From Candidatus Hecatella orcuttiae (GTDB taxonomy: Archaea > Thermoproteota > Bathyarchaeia > Hecatellales > Hecatellaceae): 64,000 nucleotides of DNA. Positions 10,008 to 18,958 of this stretch are shown piece by piece (the stretch's first letter is position 1; every line of letters begins with the position of its first letter). The notes beneath the pieces were generated by a model. It searched no databases and was not told the DNA's origin. It saw nothing but the letters and a program-made list of their open reading frames with translations. Location of the stretch: positions 448,001-512,000 of the forward strand of contig MTLY02000003.1 of NCBI GenBank assembly GCA_002011035.2, in the 5' to 3' direction. The translations under genes were made by a program, and so were the position numbers.

Positions 10008-11161
10008 AACGGATGAAAAAACCCGTGAAGTTCGAAGGAAAAACTCCCATCGAAGATGTGAGATGCCGCCTTGAAAAAGGCACCCTCATCCTAGAGTCTA
10101 AACGGCTGCTCACCGTCCTAAGCTCAGCTGTTTTAAACGGGGGAATCCGCAAGGCCAAAGCCATCATCAACCACCACGTCCCCAAAAACTTCCACTACAA
10201 GAAACCCGGAGAATTCCTCAGAAAAGTAGCTGGGCGGCTGAATCTACCGGAGCCCGTGGTGGGTTTGATGACTGCGGCTGACGTGAGAAAAGCCGCTACC
10301 ATAACTCACAGAAGCCGAGAGCTCACCGTCTACGCCTTGGTCACCGCTGGGCTTTCCAACCCCGCCACGGCAGGCGACAGACCCGTTAACCCAGCGGCTT
10401 CCGGCACCATCAACATCATCCTCCTCGTCGACGGCAACCTCAGCGAAGGCTGCATGGTGGGAGTGGTGAAAACAGCCACAGAAGCCAAGGCTGTGGCGTT
10501 GAGGGAGCTGGATGTGAGAAGCCAATATTCAGGCCAGCTGGCCAGCGGAACCACCAGCGACGCCTTGGCAGTCGCCCACACGGGGCGAGGGGCCCTCATC
10601 GAATATGCGGGAACCGCCACAAAGCTCGGTGAACTGGTAGGCCGGTCGGTCAAGTTGGCTGTGAAGGAGGCAGTCCTAAGGCAGAACGGCCTCGTCCCCC
10701 ACCGCCCCCTCATCCAAAGGCTTAAAGAAAGAGGAATCACCCTCAACCGCCTAGTTCAAACAGCCATGAGGCTCTGCGTTCACCATCCCAGCATGGGGTC
10801 TAAGGAGCGAATAAGAAAGATCTTAGAAGAAGGCTTCGACAAAGCCCTAGCCGACGTGAACGTGGCCGCCTTGGTGATGGCGGGGCTGAGGCTTGAAGAA
10901 GAAGGCAGCCTCAGCCTCCTCCCCGGCATGCCGGGGGAAATCTTCCGGGAAGACCCGGTAAACCTGTTGGCAGACGAAATCTTAGGAATGGCCATCAGCA
11001 ACTACATTGCCGGAAGTAAGGGAGTCTTCGAATTCGTCCGCTTCGACAAGGCTAAACCCGGCGTTCTCGGAAAGCTGGGGCCTTTCTCCGACGACGCCAT
11101 AGGCGGCCTCGTAGCCGGCGTCTCGTCGAACATGTACACGGCTCTCCTAGGAAGGAAATGA
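10004..11161 (+). CDS. cbiS: bifunctional adenosylcobinamide amidohydrolase / alpha-ribazole-phosphate phosphatase (CbiZ-CobZ fusion, CbiS type)
   Basis: N-half: LSSAVLNGG, GLMTAA, GTINI, TATEAK, SGTTSD (CbiZ). C-half: DPVNLLADEILG...FDKAKPG...DDAIGG (CobZ). Confidence 0.85.
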   Translation: MKRMKKPVKFEGKTPIEDVRCRLEKGTLILESKRLLTVLSSAVLNGGIRKAKAIINHHVPKNFHYKKPGEFLRKVAGRLNLPEPVVGLMTAADVRKAATITHRSRELTVYALVTAGLSNPATAGDRPVNPAASGTINIILLVDGNLSEGCMVGVVKTATEAKAVALRELDVRSQYSGQLASGTTSDALAVAHTGRGALIEYAGTATKLGELVGRSVKLAVKEAVLRQNGLVPHRPLIQRLKERGITLNRLVQTAMRLCVHHPSMGSKERIRKILEEGFDKALADVNVAALVMAGLRLEEEGSLSLLPGMPGEIFREDPVNLLADEILGMAISNYIAGSKGVFEFVRFDKAKPGVLGKLGPFSDDAIGGLVAGVSSNMYTALLGRK

Positions 11162-11167
11162 AACCCC

Positions 11168-11923
11168 ATGGAATGGTTGAAGGCGATAAGGGACATCTTC
11201 GGCTTCTTCACCGTCATCCCTGTTAAAACAGACTCGCAATCTCTAAACCGAACCGCCAGCTACATGTTCCTATCCCCTCTGGCAGGCGGCTTCATCGGCC
11301 TTTCAGCCGGTCTCCTCGCATGGGCTCTGTTTCATGCCATTCCCCCTCTCCTCGTAGGGATGGTAACAATGGGGTTCATCCTTTTGCTCACAGGCCTCCA
11401 CCATACCGACGGACTGCTGGACTTCGGAGACGGCTTGATGGCCCAAGGCTCTTGGGAGCGCAAACTCCAAGTCATGCACGACCGTCAAACCGGTACAGGG
11501 GGACTGGTCCTAGGTCTCGTCGTCATCCTGATTACCGCCTTCGCTATCTCTGAACTAGGCTTAGAGGCGCTGCGGGGCTTAGTTGCGGCTGAAGTCTCAG
11601 CTAAACTCTCCATGGTAGTGGGCACTTGGGCCGGCAGACCGGCTCATGAGGGTTTAAGCAGCCTCTTCATCAAAGCCATGCATGGGCGCGGCCGGAAACT
11701 TCGCTTGGCAGGAGGTCTACTCCTATCCTCTGGTATAGCCTTCCCCCTTCTTGGAGGAAGAGGTCTGCTCCTCTTGGCCGCCGGGATCATCACAGCCCTC
11801 GTATTGGTGGCGGTTTCGAACAGAAACTTCGGAGGCATAACCGGCGATGTGCTTGGGGCCTCCAACGACCTCGCACGTATGACTTCCCTCCTAACTTTCC
11901 TCGTCGTGACTCCATGGATTTGA
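11168..11923 (+). CDS. cobS: adenosylcobinamide-GDP ribazoletransferase
   Basis: FFTVIP, TGLHHTDGLLDFGDG, GGITGDVLGA motifs. Confidence 0.93.
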   Translation: MEWLKAIRDIFGFFTVIPVKTDSQSLNRTASYMFLSPLAGGFIGLSAGLLAWALFHAIPPLLVGMVTMGFILLLTGLHHTDGLLDFGDGLMAQGSWERKLQVMHDRQTGTGGLVLGLVVILITAFAISELGLEALRGLVAAEVSAKLSMVVGTWAGRPAHEGLSSLFIKAMHGRGRKLRLAGGLLLSSGIAFPLLGGRGLLLLAAGIITALVLVAVSNRNFGGITGDVLGASNDLARMTSLLTFLVVTPWI

Positions 11924-12109
11924 TCTATCTTCTTCTCCAACGCAGTAAGTTGTCTGATAAACCTTGATGAAGGCGTTCTAGCGCTCCAGGAAAATAATTT
12001 TTTTGAGTTACTAGAGAGAAAGCAGTAAACATCGAATGATGAGTGCGAAGTTCACAAAGTCAAGTTCTTAACTGAAGCTGTCTATGATTATTGGAGGGTA
12101 AGGAGTAGG

Positions 12110-13381
12110 ATGGAAATCTGCGCGGTGAGTCAGTCTTTCTATCCCTACGCAGGAGGTGTCTCCTACTACCTTCTGTGGTTAGGCCGGAAACTGCGGAAGC
12201 AGGGGCATAAGCTCTACGTCGTTCACCTTCGCCCCTTGAAAGCTCCGGCCAAAGACGTGGTGGAAGACATCAAAGTTTACAGGGTTCCGGAAACCTCTTT
12301 AGACCCGCGGATTGTTTCCGGGTACACTCGGTTTAAAGAACTGATCCTGAAAGTTTTCCACGGTGAAGAAAGCTCTGAAGAGAAGCTGATAAACAAGCAT
12401 CTTTACGGGTTCAACGAGTATTTCGCCATCAACAAAATGTTCGCCGATAAGATCAGCGAGCTTTATGATGAAACCGGATTCGACCTTCTTCACGTGCACG
12501 ATTTTCAAGTCCTCCTGATGGGGTCTATGCTCCGGGAGCTGAAAATCCCCAAAGTATTCACTTGGCATATTCCCTTCACCGAGGAGGTTCCGAAAAGATG
12601 GCGGGAGTTTATCGTTCAACACATGCAAGAATACGATCGCGTAGTCTTGTCGACCCGGGTCTACGTGTCCACAGCCCTTCAAAGCGGCCTCAGTTGGGAT
12701 AAAGTCCGATGCATCTACCCTTTCGTCGCCGTGGAAAAAGTAAAGGTCAGCCGCTTCCGCAAAAAATACGGGCTAAGTCGGGAGGAAAAAATCATCCTCT
12801 GCGTGGCCAGGATCGACCAGTTTAAGGGTCAAGATATCCTGATAAAAGCTTTGCCTCGCATCTTGGAAAAAGAGCCCCATGTGAGATGCGTCTTTGTGGG
12901 GAACGGGTCCATGACCAAGGATGTCCTTAAAGCCAGCGAAAAAAAGCAGTATGAGGAGCGCTTGAAAAGCCTCATACATGAAATGAATCTGAAAGATCAC
13001 GTGATATTCACCGGCCACATTTCCAGAAGCGACCTCATGCAAGCCTATAAAGCATGCGACGTCGTTGTTCTCCCCTCCATCATGGAAGGTTTCGGCTTAG
13101 CGATAACTGAAGGCATGGCCTTCGGTAAACCCGTCATCGGCTCGGCTGTGGGGGGAATAAAAAGCCAAATATGGCCTGGAGTCAACGGATACCTGGTTGA
13201 AGCAGGCAACGTCACCCAGCTGGCTGAGGCCTTGGTGAAGGTTCTGTCGGATAAAGAGCTTAAGGAAAAGCTGGGAAGGAGAGCGAGAGAAATCTATGAG
13301 AGAAACTACAGCGTAGCCAGAGGTGTAAAAGACAACATAGAGCTTTACGAAGATATCCTAGGCTACAACTGGAAAAAATAG
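12110..13381 (+). CDS. GT4 family glycosyltransferase (TreT/OtsA-related)
   Basis: HVHDFQ, WHIPF, VARIDQFKG, EGFGLAITEGMAFGKPVIGS; SD upstream. Confidence 0.85.
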   Translation: MEICAVSQSFYPYAGGVSYYLLWLGRKLRKQGHKLYVVHLRPLKAPAKDVVEDIKVYRVPETSLDPRIVSGYTRFKELILKVFHGEESSEEKLINKHLYGFNEYFAINKMFADKISELYDETGFDLLHVHDFQVLLMGSMLRELKIPKVFTWHIPFTEEVPKRWREFIVQHMQEYDRVVLSTRVYVSTALQSGLSWDKVRCIYPFVAVEKVKVSRFRKKYGLSREEKIILCVARIDQFKGQDILIKALPRILEKEPHVRCVFVGNGSMTKDVLKASEKKQYEERLKSLIHEMNLKDHVIFTGHISRSDLMQAYKACDVVVLPSIMEGFGLAITEGMAFGKPVIGSAVGGIKSQIWPGVNGYLVEAGNVTQLAEALVKVLSDKELKEKLGRRAREIYERNYSVARGVKDNIELYEDILGYNWKK

Positions 13382-15339
13382 TCAGGCCTCAAGCCTTGAC
13401 TAAGATACGGGGTAAACGCCATCTTAACCTGTTGAGCTTGACTGTTGGAAATCAGTCTCGCTGAAGACAGTCGGTCTAATCCCTCGTAAAGAACTCTCAG
13501 GGTTTCGCTATCCTTGACAAGGTCGACGACGGAGCTGCTTTCTCTAACTTCAAAAGAAAGGGTGCCATCGCACTTTAAGGCCTCCAGCAGCTTCGCCCCC
13601 AAAATTTTCTCAAAGCCGACGTTTGCGGGCTTCAAAACAATTCTTTTTCTACCTAAGGCTTCTTTTACAGTTTCCCCGATCATAGGCGGATAGATCTTCT
13701 CAGAAATCCCCTCCGAAGTTTCGTAGCAAACATGGTAGAAGGGAATCTGAAGAACTGTTGTTTCAGCAACCTTCATTCCCTTGGTGGTTATCACGTATTT
13801 CTGAAGGCTGTCAATGAAGGCTGTTTGGCTTTCTATCAAACAGTCAATTTGTTTTCTTATTTCCTCCGTCCTTTTTTTCATTTCATAGATGGTCTTCTGT
13901 TCAACCCTGATTTTTTTCCTCATCTCAGCCTTAAGGAAAGGCACTTTTGCTTGAAGGTCTTTAACCTGCGAGCGGTAGTGTTTCTCAATTTTTTGATGTT
14001 CTTCTTCCGCCCGTATTCGAGTATCCTCCATCTCCCTAGGGAGGGACGCTAAGTGAGCTCTTTTCTCTTTCTCCAACTCCTCGAGCTCAACAATCTTCTC
14101 CTTCAGGTCGTATATTCTCCGCTCAATCTCACTTATGCTGGATTGAACCTTCTGCCGTGTTTCCTCTTTTTTTCGAGTTTCCTGACGGATTTCAAGGATC
14201 TTTTGGTTTAATTCCCCCATTTCTTGCTCTATTTTTTTCAACGGCTTTCTTATCTCTTCCTCCCTCTTACCGCCCTTGTGGGTTTCCACTAGACCTTGAA
14301 GCTTTGAGTATTCCATTTTCAGGTCACTAAGCCGCATCGTGAGGGTGTGCAACTGCGTGGATAAGACATCTTGCTGGCTAAGGGTTTTCTTAAGTTCCCT
14401 TTCAAGTCTTTCCTTTTGAGGCTTCAGTTCAGATAAAATTCTACTGTATTCTTCTCTTTTTTGTTTTAATTCCCTGATTTCCCCCTCCAATTTATAGGAG
14501 TCTTTTTCCATCATGTCGAGGGTTGAAATTAAAGTTTTTTCAACCTCAGTAACCTGAGACTGGTATTTATCGTATAGCTTAGCCAGCTTAGTTTCAACCG
14601 TCTTACTTTCTTTCTCTATGGAGGGGAGAAACTCCGACTCGATTTCCTTGATTCTCTCGATCTGACGTAGACTCCAGTGGTAGGTTTGATGCACTAAAAG
14701 GTCTTTGGCGGAGGTAAGTTTCTTGATACCCTCAGATGCATCCGCGTACATTCTCGTGAAAATGTTGAAAATCTCCTCCACCTGTTCCCAGGATACTCTG
14801 GGAGGTAGGGATACAGCTTTTGCAATTTCCTCCCTTCGAAAATGGGCCATGCAGGGTTGGAGGTCGTAGACGAAGCTTTCATGGGGGACAAGCCCTGAAA
14901 CGGCGAAGGATCTGGATCCCCTAAAACATGCAAAGGTAACTTGGTGTTTTCTCAGGCTTGCCAAATAATCTTCCGCGGAGTTAACCTCTTTGATATCGTT
15001 GAGGAAACTGTCTACGTCTGGCAGTTCATCGTAGTCTATGATGCTGTGGAAGATTCCCAGCCCTTCAATGATCAGGCATGTTTCATCTTTCCAAGGCTTA
15101 GCCCAGAGAGGATAGAAAATCTTGGTGACGCTCAGATTTTTAACAGTTTTAGAGTGTTTTTTCCCAATTTTCTCTTTGAACTTTTCAATTAATGGCCGTT
15201 CCCCATCTATTCCCAGCCATTCATACCATATTCTCAAAAAAAGAAAGGCTATTTCAACTTCTTTTGAAGCCTCTTTTTTCTGTCCTTTCTCCGTAACTTC
15301 GAAGGCGTAAGGGAAAACTAGAGGCTCAAGTTCCTCCAA
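13363..15339 (-). CDS. large hypothetical protein with long central coiled coil
   Basis: 658 aa; E/K/Q-rich heptads over roughly aa 200-515, flanked by globular N- and C-terminal regions; no Walker A. Confidence 0.75.
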   Translation of the reverse strand: MEELEPLVFPYAFEVTEKGQKKEASKEVEIAFLFLRIWYEWLGIDGERPLIEKFKEKIGKKHSKTVKNLSVTKIFYPLWAKPWKDETCLIIEGLGIFHSIIDYDELPDVDSFLNDIKEVNSAEDYLASLRKHQVTFACFRGSRSFAVSGLVPHESFVYDLQPCMAHFRREEIAKAVSLPPRVSWEQVEEIFNIFTRMYADASEGIKKLTSAKDLLVHQTYHWSLRQIERIKEIESEFLPSIEKESKTVETKLAKLYDKYQSQVTEVEKTLISTLDMMEKDSYKLEGEIRELKQKREEYSRILSELKPQKERLERELKKTLSQQDVLSTQLHTLTMRLSDLKMEYSKLQGLVETHKGGKREEEIRKPLKKIEQEMGELNQKILEIRQETRKKEETRQKVQSSISEIERRIYDLKEKIVELEELEKEKRAHLASLPREMEDTRIRAEEEHQKIEKHYRSQVKDLQAKVPFLKAEMRKKIRVEQKTIYEMKKRTEEIRKQIDCLIESQTAFIDSLQKYVITTKGMKVAETTVLQIPFYHVCYETSEGISEKIYPPMIGETVKEALGRKRIVLKPANVGFEKILGAKLLEALKCDGTLSFEVRESSSVVDLVKDSETLRVLYEGLDRLSSARLISNSQAQQVKMAFTPYLSQGLRPDYFFQL

Positions 15340-15573
15340 ATTTTTATAGGCTCCTTTGAATCGGTTTAAATCAGCAAGATACCCTTAAGAGGATCGATAT
15401 TTTCACAATTAAACTTTGTTCACCTAACGTTTTTTGAGGATTTTTCTTGACGCGTAAGCGTTGAAGCCCTCAAAAACGGGTCTGCCAGATAATTTTTAAA
15501 CCTACCGTCGATAAGAATCTCCCAGAGCTTAAAGCTTAAACGTACTTCTCCATATAGAGGACGCCTGATCCTC

Positions 15574-16341
15574 ATGCGGTATCTGTTCGCTCATTGGCCG
15601 GATGTCGAGAAACTTATCAAAACCCGAGGAAGAGCAGTTATCCTGAGCGATTATGATGGCACTTTAACGCCTATAGTCGATAGGCCTGAACTGGCTTTGC
15701 TGCCGGAGAAGATGAGGAGGCTTCTCAACTCCTTAGCTCACCATCCCCACTTCACCCTCGCCATCATAACAGGCAGAGCCTTGGAGGACATCAAAAAATT
15801 GGTTGGCGTGAAAGGCGTATACTATGCGGGAAACCACGGCCTAGAAATAGAAGGCCCCGGCTTAACTCTCAGGCACCCCAGCGCATTGGCGGCAAGACCT
15901 GTCATCGCTCAAATCTGCCGGGAATTGAGGAGCCGGTTAAGCCGGGTGCCCGGGGTTATGGTGGAGGACAAAGGGCTAAGTGCCAGTCTCCACTATCGCC
16001 TAGTTTCCCGAGAAAAAATCCCCTCCGTGAAAAGGGCTCTTCTCCAAGTAACCCGCGGTTTTGGGGAGGTCAAAATCACCGAGGGTAAAAAGGTATTTGA
16101 AATCAGGCCTGATGTGGCTTGGGATAAAGGGGCGGCTGTTCGCTGGCTTTTGAAGGCCATGAAAAACTCCGGCTTCCCCATTTACTTGGGAGATGATCAA
16201 ACGGATGAAGATGCCTTCAAAGCCTTAGACGATGGAGTTACAATCCTCGTGGCGGCTAGGAGAAGGCCTTCTAAGGCGAAGTTTTTTGTGCGAGGCGTTC
16301 CAGAAGTTCAAGAATTTTTCCGACGGCTAGCCGGTTTGTAG
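15574..16341 (+). CDS. otsB: trehalose-6-phosphate phosphatase (HAD IIB)
   Basis: SDYDGTLTPI, ITGR, AGNHGLE, HYR, EIRP...DKG, GDDQTDEDAF. Confidence 0.93.
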   Translation: MRYLFAHWPDVEKLIKTRGRAVILSDYDGTLTPIVDRPELALLPEKMRRLLNSLAHHPHFTLAIITGRALEDIKKLVGVKGVYYAGNHGLEIEGPGLTLRHPSALAARPVIAQICRELRSRLSRVPGVMVEDKGLSASLHYRLVSREKIPSVKRALLQVTRGFGEVKITEGKKVFEIRPDVAWDKGAAVRWLLKAMKNSGFPIYLGDDQTDEDAFKALDDGVTILVAARRRPSKAKFFVRGVPEVQEFFRRLAGL

Positions 16342-16361
16342 ATGAAAAAGGAGTCTTCAGC

Positions 16362-16595
16362 CTAAGCCTTCCATATTACGGTCATCGTCAGTGTGCTTTT
16401 TACGTTTTCCAGTTTTCTGATCTCCGCTATGCAATCTTTCAGTTCGTCGTCAGTTTCCGCTTCTATTTTCGCTATGAGGTCGTAGATGCCGTAGACGAAG
16501 TACACGTCTTTAACGCTTTTCAACTCAGTGACGGCTTTCGCAACTTCTTTCTCCGTGCCCGGTTCTACGTTTACCATGACAAAGGCTAAAACCAT
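16362..16595 (-). CDS. stand-alone Lrp/AsnC ligand-binding (RAM) domain protein
   Basis: AFVMVNVEPG...VYGIYDLIAKIE...STLT; ATG at 16595 after a GGGAG SD. Confidence 0.85.
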   Translation of the reverse strand: MVLAFVMVNVEPGTEKEVAKAVTELKSVKDVYFVYGIYDLIAKIEAETDDELKDCIAEIRKLENVKSTLTMTVIWKA

Positions 16596-16774
16596 GAGCT
16601 CCCCTTCTCTCAAAAAAAGAGGCAGCGGCCTCAATAAAACTTTTTTAAAGGCCTACTCCCCTCCAACCGTTTTTAACGGAATCTGGAGTCCTTCCCTTTA
16701 AAGAGCCGGTCTAAGTGTTACCGCATCCCGCAAGGCATGCGGTTTTTAAGGGCAAACTCCCTAATTCCAAATAG

Positions 16775-17644
16775 GTGGCTGGACTCTTGTCGAAGATAAG
16801 GCAGCCTTACAACGCAGGGTCATGGTATGCTGGGGGAGCCGCTTCCCTTAAGAAGCAGATTGAAAATGAATGTTTCCTCCACAGGCTGGGCCCGGGGAAA
16901 GTCCCGGAACTCTCTCGAGCTGGTTCTCGGAATGTTGTTGGACTCCTATGCCCGCATGCCGGCTATATGTATTCCGGCCCTATTGCGGCTCATTCTTATT
17001 TTGCTCTAGCCGCTGACGGCCCGCCGGAAACAGTTGTCATCCTAGGGCCGAATCATACGGGGATGGGGAGCGCTGTTTCCCTCATGGTGGAGGGGGTTTG
17101 GAGAACTCCTTTGGGAGATGTCCCCGTAAACTCTTCGGCGGCGAAGGCTATTCAGAAGCGCTCGGCATACCTTGACATAGACGACAAAGCCCACCTCTAC
17201 GAGCACTCCATCGAGCTTCAGCTGCCTTTTCTCCAGTATTTTCTAGGCTCCAACTTTGATATGGTTCCCATATGCATGATGCTTCAAGACTTGGAGGTAG
17301 CTTTAGATGTGGGCAAAGCGGTGGCGGAGGCTTTGAAGGAAACCAACGCTCTAGTTATTGCCTCCAGCGACATGACCCACTACGAGCCTCAGAGTTCCGC
17401 TGAAAGAAAGGACAAAGTCGCCATCGAGGCGTTGAAAAAACTGAATGAAGAGGAGCTTTTCCAGACAGTCCACCGTTTGGGCATTTCCATGTGCGGCGTG
17501 GGGCCGACGGCGGCCATGCTGTGCGCGGCTAAACTTCTCGGAGCCAAAAAGGGGGTTCTCCTCAAATACGCCACGTCGGGAGATGTCACAGGAGACCTTT
17601 CAGCGGTGGTGGGCTACTGCTCCCTAGCCGCCCTCAAGACCTAA
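16775..17644 (+). CDS. MEMO1 family protein (AmmeMemoRadiSam protein B)
   Basis: AGSWY, PHAGYMYSG, GPNHTG, EHSIELQLPFLQ, ASSDMTHY, SMCG, VVGY. Confidence 0.92.
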   Translation: MAGLLSKIRQPYNAGSWYAGGAASLKKQIENECFLHRLGPGKVPELSRAGSRNVVGLLCPHAGYMYSGPIAAHSYFALAADGPPETVVILGPNHTGMGSAVSLMVEGVWRTPLGDVPVNSSAAKAIQKRSAYLDIDDKAHLYEHSIELQLPFLQYFLGSNFDMVPICMMLQDLEVALDVGKAVAEALKETNALVIASSDMTHYEPQSSAERKDKVAIEALKKLNEEELFQTVHRLGISMCGVGPTAAMLCAAKLLGAKKGVLLKYATSGDVTGDLSAVVGYCSLAALKT

Positions 17645-18749
17645 CTGCTTCCCCCCTCTTCGCGTAGGCTTCTGGGTTAAAACCTCTAACCCTCAACCAC
17701 TCCGCTGTTTTACCGGTAACCACCAAGGGCTTCATTGCAAGATCCATGACGGACTTTCCCCCTACCAAGAAGATGGCGATTTTCAACTCAGCGGTGAGAA
17801 GGTTTAACTCTTGGACAACCCTCTCTGAGCCCTTGACTGCCAGCTTGAGGAAAGGCCGTGCTATTCCTGAACATTGAGCCCCCAAGGCTAAGGTTTTGGC
17901 GATATCCATGCCGGTTCTGACACCTCCCGTGGCTATCACCGTCAAGTCCGTGGCTTTCCGCACCTCCACGAGGCTGACGACGGTGGGGATACCCCAGTCC
18001 CAAAAGGCTTGGCCGAGCCTCTGGTGTCGGATGTTTTTCATCTTCCTCGCCCTATGGTATTCGACGGCAGCCCAGCTGGTTCCTCCAGCTCCCCCTATCT
18101 CTATTCCCCGGACGCCTGATTCCTTCAGCTTCAAAGCTGTCTCCGCGGAGATGCCGGCCCCCGTTTCCTTGGCTATGATGGGTATATCGATGGACTGGGA
18201 GAGCTCCTTGATCTTCTTCAGAACCCTTCGGAAGTCTGTCTGGCCCTCGGGCTGAACCGCCTCGTGGAGGGGGTTGAGATGTAAAGCTAGGGCGTCCGCT
18301 TCAATCATATCCACAGCCTTCAAGGCTTCGTTTACTCCATAGTCTTTCGCCAGCTGGGCGCAGCCTAGGTTGGCTATCAAAAAGGCGTGAGGTGCCTTCT
18401 GCCGAGCTATCTGGAAGGAGTAGGCTTTGGATGGGTCTTCAAGGGCAACCCTCTGGCTGCCTACCCCCATGGCTACCCCTGTCTTCTCCGCTGCTTCCGC
18501 CAAGGAGGCGTTTATCTTGGCAGCTTCCCTGGTTCCCCCCGTCATGGCGGAGATGAGAATGGGTGAAGAGAGCTTATGCCCGAAAAATTGGACAGCTGTG
18601 TCCACGTCCTCCAGCCTCGCTTCAGGCGCGGCGTCATGGATCAGATGCACATCTTCCAAGCCTGTGGTTGTCGTTCGAGCTTGAACGTTCTCGGTGAGGC
18701 ATATTCGAATGTGGTCGGTTTTCCTCTCCGCTGTTTTCTCTTCGACCAT
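17634..18749 (-). CDS. fni: type 2 isopentenyl-diphosphate delta-isomerase
   Basis: RKTDHI, AMTGG, GSQR, HLNPLHEAVQPEG, KETGAG, GAGGTSWAAVE, WGIPT. Confidence 0.95.
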   Translation of the reverse strand: MVEEKTAERKTDHIRICLTENVQARTTTTGLEDVHLIHDAAPEARLEDVDTAVQFFGHKLSSPILISAMTGGTREAAKINASLAEAAEKTGVAMGVGSQRVALEDPSKAYSFQIARQKAPHAFLIANLGCAQLAKDYGVNEALKAVDMIEADALALHLNPLHEAVQPEGQTDFRRVLKKIKELSQSIDIPIIAKETGAGISAETALKLKESGVRGIEIGGAGGTSWAAVEYHRARKMKNIRHQRLGQAFWDWGIPTVVSLVEVRKATDLTVIATGGVRTGMDIAKTLALGAQCSGIARPFLKLAVKGSERVVQELNLLTAELKIAIFLVGGKSVMDLAMKPLVVTGKTAEWLRVRGFNPEAYAKRGEAVRS

Positions 18750-18958
18750 TGTTCAGCATCCTTCTTTTTGTTAAGCTGTATAGGCCTATAAAATGCTGAA
18801 GGGTGTTAGTTTGACAGTATCCCCCGGGGAGGTTATTAAAATTAACCCTGAAAGAAAATAAACCGATTTTTGTAAAAGCTTTTTCAGGGCGGCTGTTTTC
18901 CTCCTCATTTTAAATAGGAGAACTTTTCTTTCAAAAGAGTCGGCTGCAGGGATGAGCG

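Noticed and set aside
11913-11966. ATG overlapping the cobS stop where cobY often lies
   Set aside because: Gives only 17 codons with no CobY-like AGG motif, so no evidence for a pseudogene
11950-12075. CTGA and TGATGA boxes resembling a C/D box sRNA
   Set aside because: Box order and spacing do not give C-guide-D'-C'-guide-D; no D box follows the C'-like element at the right distance
13363-15339. SMC/Rad50 or CdvA assignment for the coiled-coil protein
   Set aside because: No Walker A/B or signature motif, no hinge or zinc hook; far larger than CdvA with no evident PRC barrel
16720-16743. Hairpin ACCGCAT-CCC-GCAA-GGC-ATGCGGT with a GNRA loop
   Set aside because: A single short stem beside a TATA-like tract; not enough to call an ncRNA or operator
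18750-18958. Possible TPP riboswitch upstream of the ThiC-like gene
   Set aside because: No CTGAGA / CCTGA-N-GGATAATGCC-type core arrangement visible
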